Shown one piece after another: positions 9,554 to 18,213 of a DNA stretch of 64,000 nucleotides (positions are counted from its first letter, which is position 1; every line of letters begins with the position of its first letter). Under the pieces are notes generated by a model. It had not been told where the DNA came from. It did no database searches and was given only the letters and a program-made list of their open reading frames with translations. The position numbers and the translations under genes are program-made. This stretch comes from a virus: positions 1 to 64,000 of IMG/VR virus record IMGVR_UViG_3300023242_000003; one strand, written 5' to 3'.

Positions 9554-9808
9554 ATGATAACAATTTATAGTTTCCCAGAATGCCCTTATTGCAAGGAATT
9601 AAAAAAGATTTATGATTCACAAGGCATTAAATATCGTGACGTAAACATAAACTTAGAAGAAAATATTAAAGAATGGGATGAAATTTCTGAAGCATCAAAA
9701 GCTGAAGAAGTCCCAGTGATAAAAATAGATAAACAATTATTGGTACCTAATGTTTCCTTCCAATCAATTAGTGAAGCTGTTGAGATAACTAAGAAGTTTT
9801 TAAGTTAA
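9554..9808 (+). CDS. Glutaredoxin/NrdH-like redoxin
   Basis: CPYC active site and VPVI motif, 84 aa. Confidence 0.88.
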   Translation: MITIYSFPECPYCKELKKIYDSQGIKYRDVNINLEENIKEWDEISEASKAEEVPVIKIDKQLLVPNVSFQSISEAVEITKKFLS

Positions 9809-9847
9809 ATTAAAACTTATTGATATTTATAATAAAACAAATTTATT

Positions 9848-9892
9848 ATGTCAATAACTATAGACGAAAAAGAAAAACTATTCCTTAGATAA
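9848..9892 (+). pseudogene. Orphaned original 5' stub of the neck-protein gene
   Basis: MSITIDEKEKLF(LR*) parallels MAISNDERDKLFR at 10908; both are preceded by TGATATTTATAnTAAAA. Confidence 0.75.
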
Positions 9893-10658
9893 CATGATTA
9901 AGATATTTAAGGATGTTTTTTCTATATGGAATAATTATTAATTTAATATTATTATCGTTACAATAATTTTCTTTTATTTTATCTCTACTTTTTAATTTAT
10001 TAAAAACCGTTTCACCACCAAACCATTTTATTGGTTTATAATGTTGTTCCCCATGAAATTCGATACATGTGTTATAATCTGGTAAATAAAAATCGAATGG
10101 TAATTTATTAATATTTTTACAATCATTAAATTTATATTGTGGTGAAAAGTTAATTTTTTTAGATTCTAATATATTTCTAATTTCTTTTTCACCTTTTGAT
10201 TCACGACAATTCGGACAACCTTTACCTCTTAAATGTTCATACGGTAATTGTTCGAAATTTCCATGTATAGGACAAATTATATTAATTTTAGTCTTTGAAT
10301 TAATATAATTAACTAATTTATAAATATAAAAATTATAATGTTTTATTATAAATTTATTTATTAATTCATCGTTAGTGATTAATTTAATTTTTAATTTATT
10401 AGTTCTTGCTTTAATACTTTTTATACTTCTATTTAATACTTTAACACAACCATGTATGCCAATTTTACTATAATTCTCAATTAAGAAAATATCATCATTC
10501 TTAACCCATTTTTCTTCCAGAATCAACCCTAATTTAAATGCTTTCATATAAATAGATTTAGTTGTTTTACCTAATTTTTTTACACAATAATCACTACAAT
10601 TAACAGAATAATTATTTTTTAAAAAATCTATTTCATTAGTACTCCACCTATTTGCCAT
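9885..10658 (-). CDS. Free-standing endonuclease (Vsr/DUF559-like PD-(D/E)xK with Zn-finger and helical repeats)
   Basis: Two W...FL..NYS repeats, ICPIHG...HLRGKGCPNC, SKGEKEI and PFDFYLP...IEFHGEQHY. Confidence 0.8.
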   Translation of the reverse strand: MANRWSTNEIDFLKNNYSVNCSDYCVKKLGKTTKSIYMKAFKLGLILEEKWVKNDDIFLIENYSKIGIHGCVKVLNRSIKSIKARTNKLKIKLITNDELINKFIIKHYNFYIYKLVNYINSKTKINIICPIHGNFEQLPYEHLRGKGCPNCRESKGEKEIRNILESKKINFSPQYKFNDCKNINKLPFDFYLPDYNTCIEFHGEQHYKPIKWFGGETVFNKLKSRDKIKENYCNDNNIKLIIIPYRKNILKYLNHVI

Positions 10659-10808
10659 TTATAATAATTTTTTTTTTAAATCCATTTCTATTAATAATTT
10701 TATTCGTTTTGATAGTGAATAACCGTTTTTATTACAGTATTCATTGTATTCTTCTTTTATTTTTTTATTTATCCTAATATTTAAATAATCGTTGTTTTGT
10801 GTTGACAT
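10659..10808 (-). CDS. Small ribbon-helix-helix protein, 49 aa (not in ORF track)
   Basis: MSTQNNDYLNIRINKKIKEEYNEYCNKNGYSLSKRIKLLIEMDLKKKLL*; stop abuts the endonuclease ATG. Confidence 0.78.
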   Translation of the reverse strand: MSTQNNDYLNIRINKKIKEEYNEYCNKNGYSLSKRIKLLIEMDLKKKLL

Positions 10809-10817
10809 GTCATTACA
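10798..10817. promoter_or_regulatory. Tandem TGT-N4-ACA boxes (putative RHH operator)
   Basis: TGTGTTGACA and TGTCATTACA span the RHH start; equivalent boxes at 8244-8253, 9253-9262 and 9264-9273. Confidence 0.55.
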
Positions 10818-10907
10818 TTTTTAATATAAATATATGAGTTATGTTAAAAAAAATAAATATTATTGTTTTATTTTATCTGTCAATGATATTTATAGTAAAA
10901 AGGAACT

Positions 10908-12062
10908 ATGGCTATAAGTAATGATGAACGTGATAAGTTATTTCGTCAATTCAGACATTCATTGGGCGCACCAGTGCGTCAAATTGAATTGGAAGATGAG
11001 CAACTTTGTACCCTATTAGAAATTTCAATAGAGGACTATGCTCAATATGTCCAAGAATGGTTAGTTGAACATCAATGGCAATCTTTATTAGGTCAAAATT
11101 TAGACACAACAGATATGGCATTTGCTTTGAGTGTTAGAAACTTTAACTTTATGACCCAATATACTTATGCTTATTCTAAACAAGTTGGTTTACAGTCTAA
11201 TGGTCCGTGGGAGTTAAAAAAAGACTATGTCGAAGTTGAAGCTGGAAGACAAGTTTATGTTATCCCAGCTGGTCGTGAAATTAACGAAGTGCTTTGGATT
11301 ACTCCACCTCCCACGAATAGAGCTTTATTAGCTAATTTTGGTGGTATTGACGCTGGTTTTGGTGGTGGTTTTGGACAAATGGGTGGTGGTGTAGGTACAA
11401 TGGGTGCTGGTGGTGGAAATATGGGTTATTATATTGCACCAGCTTTTGATATATTGCTAACTGCTGCCGATATGAATTTAAAAAATCGTATTGTTAGAAG
11501 TGAATTAGCGCATAAAATAACAGCTGGACCAAACGGAACCAAACTACTTCATTTAATGAGTACTCCTGGTTCAAAATTATCTTTTGGTGGTTCAGCTGGC
11601 GGTTTAGGTACTGGGGTTGGTGGTGCAATGAACATGGCTGGTTGTCAAGTTTGGTATCACTATTACGACACTACACCAGAGAATTTAGGTAAATGTCTTG
11701 ACGACAATCCAGATATTATTAAAATGCCAAATCAAGTACCATTAGCTAGGCTAGATTACGCTGAATTTAACGAACCAACAAAAACACTTATTCGTCAGCT
11801 ATTTATTGCGGAAGCTAAAAGAGCTTTAGGCAGAACTAGAGGTAAGTTTGGTGGGATTGTTGGGCCGCCAGAAGCGGAAAGAACTATGGATTATGAAACA
11901 CTTATCTCAGAAGGTAATGACGAGAAAAAAGCTGTGTTAGAAAGATTGGAAGCTAGACTACTTAGACTTTCATCCACATCGCAATTAGAAAGAGGTGCTA
12001 AAGAAGCAACAGACTTAAATACTTCGATGAAATACAGACCATTAGGGTTTTGGGTTTATTAA
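10908..12062 (+). CDS. Neck protein (gp13-like)
   Basis: LGAPV..IEL.DEQL N-terminus, LGR.RGKF..I..P and terminal PLGF; typical of T4-like gp13 family. Confidence 0.75.
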   Translation: MAISNDERDKLFRQFRHSLGAPVRQIELEDEQLCTLLEISIEDYAQYVQEWLVEHQWQSLLGQNLDTTDMAFALSVRNFNFMTQYTYAYSKQVGLQSNGPWELKKDYVEVEAGRQVYVIPAGREINEVLWITPPPTNRALLANFGGIDAGFGGGFGQMGGGVGTMGAGGGNMGYYIAPAFDILLTAADMNLKNRIVRSELAHKITAGPNGTKLLHLMSTPGSKLSFGGSAGGLGTGVGGAMNMAGCQVWYHYYDTTPENLGKCLDDNPDIIKMPNQVPLARLDYAEFNEPTKTLIRQLFIAEAKRALGRTRGKFGGIVGPPEAERTMDYETLISEGNDEKKAVLERLEARLLRLSSTSQLERGAKEATDLNTSMKYRPLGFWVY

Positions 12063-12065
12063 AAT

Positions 12066-12090
12066 AAAAAGGGGCGTAAGCCCCTTTATT
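12066..12090. terminator. Bidirectional terminator between convergent genes
   Basis: AAAAAGGGGC-GTAA-GCCCCTTT. Confidence 0.75.
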
Positions 12091-12094
12091 ATTT

Positions 12095-15000
12095 CTAAAA
12101 ACCCCAATCATCTTCTAGCTTTTCTTTTTTAACCTCTACCACTGGTATAGGTGGTTGTAGTTGCTGTAATTCAGATTTATCATCTATTTCGTTTATACTA
12201 GCTAGTTCTTGGTTATCAACATAGTACAGTGTGTCATCAACTACATAACCTTCTGGTACTTCACCATATGTGTCATCAAATTCATCATCTAATTTTAAAT
12301 CTTCATCGTTTCTAACTAAATTACCGTCTTCATCTTCTTCAATTTCATCGTCTTCATCTTCAATCATAACACGCTTTTTTATAACCTCTACTGTCTGTTC
12401 AATAACTACGTTGGACGAATTTTCTTTTACCTTATTAAGTATAAAAACCATGTTTTTATGGTCAACAATGGTTTCGAATTCAGAACCTATTGTTTCTCCA
12501 GTCATTACTTTACACTCGGCTAAATAATCTAACCATTCTTCATATCGATTATCGTTATTTTCTTTACCAACTATTTTGTAGTAGTTATCCCGTTCTACTG
12601 CTTGCTTTTCATACTTAAATATATCATTAAAATAACACAATGGTTCATTCCATTTTCTAGAAATAAGTGAAAACGAATCATCATCTGAAATATCGCATAA
12701 AACTAATATATCTATAGGTAACACACCTTGCATTGATTTTTCTAAATCTTTAAGTTCCAAATGTTTAATTATATCTTCTATCGTTTCTTTTTCAAGAATT
12801 AAACCTTCTATTTTAGCGATACGCATACGTTCGTAGTAATCAACTCTAAGTTCTTCCCATTCAGTTTCTTCCATGTTATTTGGCAACTTATTAACCTTAT
12901 CCCAAAACTTTATTTCTTTATCTTCCATTCGCATTAGGTCTTGGTAAGAATCTTGGTCAGCTTCCTTAAAAGGTATACCAGAAACCAACTCACATTCATT
13001 TCTAGTGAATATTTGTCTTTCCTTTAACTTTTCAGTTATTTTTTTAGTTTCTTTATCTTTTATCTTAACAATATCTAATAGAATATTATCACGTATTTCT
13101 GGGGTAAAACAAACTAATAATGGTTTAACTTTTTTATTAAATGCATCTAAGTAACGAGCAACATTGTACTCATCAGTGAATAATTGGGAATCAATACTTT
13201 CCATTCTAAGTTTTAGTGTTTCAATGTCCTCATCATCTTCTTCCAAAGCAGCAACTGCTTTTTTCAACATTTCGAGTTCTTTAATCAGTTCAAAATCACG
13301 CTCAACAATCTCTGGGTCTATTAATTTACTGTTTAATTGAACCTCTTTCCTAACAACTGGTAATGACATATCTGGATTTTCCAATTTCCAAGCATCAGCT
13401 TGTTTCTTAGTCATTTTATTAATCTCAACTGTTTTTAAGTCACCTTGTGATTTAGTAGTACCAATATTTATGTAATATAAAACATCACCTAAAGTAATAT
13501 TTAAAGCTTCTCTCATGGCCAATTCCATGTGTGCTTGTTTAGGTAATGGGTTACCAGCTTTATTTTTCATCGTAGCTTTTTTCTTGTAATCAGTCATTGA
13601 TAACTTAACTTTAGCTTTAGAAGCTATTTTAACCAAAGGTATTTGGTAATTATAAATTCTATCGACATATTCATAATAATAATTAATGAATGAATGACCA
13701 TCACCGTCTAACAACATACGAATAGATTTACCCAAGAAATCTTCTATGTAAACAGACATTCTTTTAGATTTTACCGAGTTACCTACTAGTTTAATCTTTC
13801 CACCAATATCGTTAGCGTAGTTTTTACGAGCAAAATTAATTGTAGAATTACAAATATCGTCAATATCTAACCCCATACGACCTTCCATATAATTTTCGTT
13901 AAACTCAGCCAACACAGCATCTAGCCCAGATAATTCTTTTCCAGCATCCTCCGTTGTTTTCCAATGGCTACCCTTGGCTATATATTTTATGTCATTAACG
14001 TTGTCTGGAAATGAAAAGTTAAATCCATCGGTATCACCAACTAGTGCACGAAACCCATGTGTTTCAGTAAAGTGTCGAACCATCAAACGTAAATACTGAC
14101 GACCACGACATGTTGTTTCTTCTGCTGAATCAGTATCACCCCAATTAAAAATATAAGGTGCACCGTATGAACCAAACCATGAGTTGGCAAGAATTTTAAG
14201 CGGTAATTGTTTTTTATCGTACAAGTTAGCTAAAGCTTTATGTTCTTGTATTTCTTTTTTAAGTGTTTCTTTTTCTTTGTCTAATAAAGTTTTTTCCTCT
14301 TTAAGTTTTGTTTCTAAATTTTTGTAGATTTTCTTTTCTTTACCGTTTAAGAATTTAAACTTATCACGTGTATCAACCACATAAGTTAACATCCCCTCCA
14401 TCACACCACTAATATCTAATTCTGGGAAAATGTTGTGTGTAAGTTGTGTTTTAGGGTAAAGTGCTGCGTAATCTAGCTTTACCACATTTCTAGCGTATCC
14501 TACTTCTAATAGACGAGAAAGACCACCAGTAAAATCTCTTTTAGTTTGTGTTTCTGGAATAGCTAAACCGTTTTCATAAGACCATGCAGCCATAATAAGT
14601 TTCCATTGACCAGCAGTACCCATTGTTGATGAACGTTGGAATGTTGTTGGTAACATCTTTGCGATAAGAAAACTGGCTTGGTTGAATATATTATCTATTT
14701 GTTCAGTCTCCCAAAGGTCATCACACAAGTATCGTTGTACGATAAATTGACCAGTAGTTTTGATATAATTCTTTTTTAATGGGTTCTTGTCTGTAATTTT
14801 AAACCAATCACCATTTTCATTGTTAAAAGCGTAACTGTTTGCCTTATCAGCCCAAGTTGAATTAATTTTATCACCAGCAACATAAACACGATTAGCTTTA
14901 GCTATCTCAGAATATTGCGTGATGTACTTTAAACCCCATGATTTAATTTCAGTATTAATTGCCATCGCTCTACGTACAGCATGTGAAATATCAATAATGT

Positions 15001-15898
15001 TATAACCATACATATGTGTCTGGTTATAAGCTTCCGTTTCACCACCTAACTTAAGTGTTGATGGTTTACGTTTAATCTTAGAAACTCTATTAAGGGTGAT
15101 AGCTAATTCCGTTATTGGAATAGATAAACGTTCAGCACGTTCAAATAAGAAAGGCCAGTCAAAATTTTCAGAATTATAACCAGTAATTATATCTGGTTTA
15201 ACCATATCAATTACTCTAAAGAATTTCTGGATGGTTTCTCTTTCTGAATCACGTTTTTCGTAGCCGTTAGTTCCTTTAACTTCCATTACTTCTTCTAAAC
15301 CTCGATTATCCCTAACCCCAATTTGAAATATTGCATTTTTGCTAGCGTATAACCCCTCAGTTTCTAAGTCAAATTGAAACCTATGCACATCGTCATAATT
15401 ATCCATCCCTTTAAATAAACGTTTACCTGTTTGAATGAGAAATTGTTCAGTGGGGCTAAAAATAACAAACTCTCGATTGTTGTCTTTACTAAACACATCA
15501 ACCCCACCCTCTTTAAAAAAATTTACTAGGTTATTGTACGATTTTTTACATGTAGCTATGTACTTGTAACCGTTTTCCATACGTAACGGAATGTTTCCTT
15601 CATCATCATCAGTTCTAAGTAACGTGATTTTAACATCGTATTTTCTACATGCTTCGATTATTTTCATACGCTTACCACCGTATAATTTATCAGTTACACT
15701 ATCCTTAAACCATAAAAATGGCTTATAAGGGTGGTCTTCTAACTTTTTGGTTGGGGTAGCGTCTTTGTTGTTGATTACAAGAGTAACCATTGGTTTATCA
15801 TAATTAGCTTCTACCGCTACTATGTATTGTTGTGGGTCGTTACCTTGAAGGAAAGACTCAATAAGTTCATTACTTACTTTTGTTTTTGTTTGACTCAT
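12095..15898 (-). CDS. Family B DNA polymerase with long acidic C-terminal extension
   Basis: Exonuclease motifs FDLET, GYNSENFDW; polymerase motifs LDYAALYP, KILANSWFG, GDTDG. Confidence 0.93.
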   Translation of the reverse strand: MSQTKTKVSNELIESFLQGNDPQQYIVAVEANYDKPMVTLVINNKDATPTKKLEDHPYKPFLWFKDSVTDKLYGGKRMKIIEACRKYDVKITLLRTDDDEGNIPLRMENGYKYIATCKKSYNNLVNFFKEGGVDVFSKDNNREFVIFSPTEQFLIQTGKRLFKGMDNYDDVHRFQFDLETEGLYASKNAIFQIGVRDNRGLEEVMEVKGTNGYEKRDSERETIQKFFRVIDMVKPDIITGYNSENFDWPFLFERAERLSIPITELAITLNRVSKIKRKPSTLKLGGETEAYNQTHMYGYNIIDISHAVRRAMAINTEIKSWGLKYITQYSEIAKANRVYVAGDKINSTWADKANSYAFNNENGDWFKITDKNPLKKNYIKTTGQFIVQRYLCDDLWETEQIDNIFNQASFLIAKMLPTTFQRSSTMGTAGQWKLIMAAWSYENGLAIPETQTKRDFTGGLSRLLEVGYARNVVKLDYAALYPKTQLTHNIFPELDISGVMEGMLTYVVDTRDKFKFLNGKEKKIYKNLETKLKEEKTLLDKEKETLKKEIQEHKALANLYDKKQLPLKILANSWFGSYGAPYIFNWGDTDSAEETTCRGRQYLRLMVRHFTETHGFRALVGDTDGFNFSFPDNVNDIKYIAKGSHWKTTEDAGKELSGLDAVLAEFNENYMEGRMGLDIDDICNSTINFARKNYANDIGGKIKLVGNSVKSKRMSVYIEDFLGKSIRMLLDGDGHSFINYYYEYVDRIYNYQIPLVKIASKAKVKLSMTDYKKKATMKNKAGNPLPKQAHMELAMREALNITLGDVLYYINIGTTKSQGDLKTVEINKMTKKQADAWKLENPDMSLPVVRKEVQLNSKLIDPEIVERDFELIKELEMLKKAVAALEEDDEDIETLKLRMESIDSQLFTDEYNVARYLDAFNKKVKPLLVCFTPEIRDNILLDIVKIKDKETKKITEKLKERQIFTRNECELVSGIPFKEADQDSYQDLMRMEDKEIKFWDKVNKLPNNMEETEWEELRVDYYERMRIAKIEGLILEKETIEDIIKHLELKDLEKSMQGVLPIDILVLCDISDDDSFSLISRKWNEPLCYFNDIFKYEKQAVERDNYYKIVGKENNDNRYEEWLDYLAECKVMTGETIGSEFETIVDHKNMVFILNKVKENSSNVVIEQTVEVIKKRVMIEDEDDEIEEDEDGNLVRNDEDLKLDDEFDDTYGEVPEGYVVDDTLYYVDNQELASINEIDDKSELQQLQPPIPVVEVKKEKLEDDWGF

Positions 15899-15911
15899 TG
15901 TTATATTTTTA

Positions 15912-15919
15912 CAAAGGTA
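15912..15919 (-). promoter_or_regulatory. Bacteroidota-type -7 box (TAnnTTTG) upstream of DNA polymerase
   Basis: TACCTTTG on minus strand; same box at 22557-22564 (+), 24418-24425 (+) and 52520-52527 (-). Confidence 0.6.
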
Positions 15920-16016
15920 CTAAACAAAAATGAATCTGACAAGTAAAAACACTAAATATTTTTAACTTTGTATGTTACAAAGTTACGATTTTAATTTTAA
16001 TATTGCAACTAAACAG

Positions 16017-16391
16017 TTATTTTTTTACACTCCCATCTAAGATATTGATAAATAACTCTTCCCTAATAGGTACGATTAAATTACCAGAACCATCTAAGAA
16101 ATCAATTTCAAATTGACCCACATACCTACCAGCGTGGCTAGTTTGGTTTTGATTAAAGTTGAATGTTAAATAAAATTCATCACCTGTACAATCGGTTCTA
16201 GGTTCTACTTGTTCAATAGTAGCTAATTTTTTAGCAATACGTTTAACACCAGTTATAACATCGGTCATGGTAAAAAATATATTTGCGTTTTGAATTTTAT
16301 AGTTAAATTTTTTAAAATCGTTTCTACCATCATTTATTAATTCTAATTTTAATACTGGTAATGTTGAGTCTTTATTTATGTGAAATTCCAT
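16017..16391 (-). CDS. Small structural protein (BppU-like Ig fold possible)
   Basis: I..DSTLP.L...AG.Y.G.FEI.F.DG...P pattern. Confidence 0.45.
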   Translation of the reverse strand: MEFHINKDSTLPVLKLELINDGRNDFKKFNYKIQNANIFFTMTDVITGVKRIAKKLATIEQVEPRTDCTGDEFYLTFNFNQNQTSHAGRYVGQFEIDFLDGSGNLIVPIREELFINILDGSVKK

Positions 16392-16477
16392 AGTTTTTTT
16401 AATATAATTTTTTATTCTTTATCTATAATATAAAATTGGTTGTCTCCATCACCAAAAATTGTTAAATCAGTTTCAAG

Positions 16478-18211
16478 CTATCTATTGCTTGGTAAACCAT
16501 ATTTCCCACCATCTACTTTACAACTGATATCTATATCGTTAAAAGTTATATCACAAATGTTAAACTTAAACTCTGATATTTCACCGATAAAAGTACCAGC
16601 AAAATTTCTCTCTATGTTTAAACCTAAATCATTAATATCTTGCCCATCAAAAGTCATGTTTTCTAGCAATCCTTGTGAACCACCTCCAATACTTAGATTA
16701 AACGGTACGCCAATTTGTTTGGCGTAATATTCGTCTAATCTTTTAGCTACAAACTCTTCAAAATTATCAAAAACGACTTTTAATCTACAATTAACATAAA
16801 TCATTAAACGCCCTTTTCTTCTATTTTTACATATTAATTCTTGTTCAGTATACGTTTCATTTGCAACAAAACGTATACTTATTTTACTCCATTCATCATC
16901 TTTTACAATACCAGCTGGTGAATAATGTTCATCTATTGTAACACCAGTAACATAAATATCGTCACTACACTGACCAGTTAATTTTAAGCTTCTATAACCA
17001 ATACTACCATCGTCTTTAATTCTAAAACCAACAGCGTTATCAATTATGTCTACATCTTTATCTACTTCATATTTAGGTTCGCTATCACCACTATAAGAAC
17101 AAACTGTTTCACGACCATAACCATCACTAGTTCTATTACCACAACCAGTACATGTTTGATTATCTTTTGCTCTACCATAAACCAAAAATGGGTTAGTATA
17201 ATCTGTTTTTTTTGTTTCTAAACTACTAACAAAAATACCACCACCACTATAAGAACAAACTGTTTCACGACCAAATGGTCGGTTGTCTCTACCCGAACCA
17301 CATTTGTTGCACTTATAATTATCATCAGCTCTACCATAAATCAAAAATTGGTTTGTGATTTTTTCAATTTTTATTTGTGGGGGACTTAAAGGCACCATAA
17401 TACTAGATGGTTCATCTAAAATATCAATAGTTGTTTCTTTAATTGTTGTACAAAAATTTGTTATCGTATCAGTACAACCTGTATCAGATGTGCAATTTAT
17501 TGTGCAGCCTGTATTATTTCCATCAAAAATATTCCAAAATTTATTTTCCGCTCTAGTACCCATGTAAAAGAAAAAACCCTTATTGTTAGGGTATAAGTCA
17601 TTTAAAGTAGTGCCAGTATGCGATATTTCTGTTTTATTTAACCAAAAATCAGCAACCCACGCTTTCTTAGTCCTAGTAGGTAATACTTCATATGTTGAAC
17701 CATCTATTTTATAAAAACCTTGATAAAAACCACCGCTTAGCCTTAATTTAGTCCCAATAGGGGTAGTGTCATTAACCAACTCGATAGGGTAAACAAATTG
17801 GTTGGTTGAACCACTAACTAAATTTAATTTTAATCTAAAATCATTAGCTGGTATTGTTAAGTTAGTCGTATTTAAAATATCTAATAAACCAATATTAGAA
17901 TCATCACCAAACGATTTAACATACCTTAACTTACCATTATCTAACCCAGTTAACCCAAAGGTGGGGAAAGTATAACCACTATTAACCGCACCATCCCAAG
18001 CTGCTAAACTAACAATGGTTTCTATACCAACACTATTTTGATAAATCAAAGGGTTATTAAAATCATACCATACAGCTAAACAGCCGTTAGAATCTAACCC
18101 ACCATAATTTATTTCATCTTGGGAATCATTGGCCAAATAAAAGTCCCAATAATCACTATTGGATAATTTTAGGTCTAGTTTGTTAACGTTAAAATTTTTA
18201 ATATTTCCCAT
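16478..18211 (-). CDS. Putative virion protein with Cys-rich duplicated segment (LamG-like features)
   Basis: 577 aa; SIGGGSQG...F.G.ISEF C-terminal pattern; internal repeat. Confidence 0.5.
   Translation of the reverse strand: MGNIKNFNVNKLDLKLSNSDYWDFYLANDSQDEINYGGLDSNGCLAVWYDFNNPLIYQNSVGIETIVSLAAWDGAVNSGYTFPTFGLTGLDNGKLRYVKSFGDDSNIGLLDILNTTNLTIPANDFRLKLNLVSGSTNQFVYPIELVNDTTPIGTKLRLSGGFYQGFYKIDGSTYEVLPTRTKKAWVADFWLNKTEISHTGTTLNDLYPNNKGFFFYMGTRAENKFWNIFDGNNTGCTINCTSDTGCTDTITNFCTTIKETTIDILDEPSSIMVPLSPPQIKIEKITNQFLIYGRADDNYKCNKCGSGRDNRPFGRETVCSYSGGGIFVSSLETKKTDYTNPFLVYGRAKDNQTCTGCGNRTSDGYGRETVCSYSGDSEPKYEVDKDVDIIDNAVGFRIKDDGSIGYRSLKLTGQCSDDIYVTGVTIDEHYSPAGIVKDDEWSKISIRFVANETYTEQELICKNRRKGRLMIYVNCRLKVVFDNFEEFVAKRLDEYYAKQIGVPFNLSIGGGSQGLLENMTFDGQDINDLGLNIERNFAGTFIGEISEFKFNICDITFNDIDISCKVDGGKYGLPSNR
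17086..17273. repeat. 32-bp perfect direct repeat encoding GRETVCSYSG
   Basis: CACCACTATAAGAACAAACTGTTTCACGACCA at 17086-17117 and 17242-17273. Confidence 0.85.
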
Positions 18212-18213
18212 TT

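Larger units (their letters stand above)
9885..10943 (-). mobile_element. Gene-start-replacing RHH-endonuclease cassette in the neck-protein gene
   Basis: Lies between the stub (9848-9884) and a re-supplied promoter plus N-terminus (10884-~10943); antisense RHH and endonuclease genes; right boundary approximate. Confidence 0.68.
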
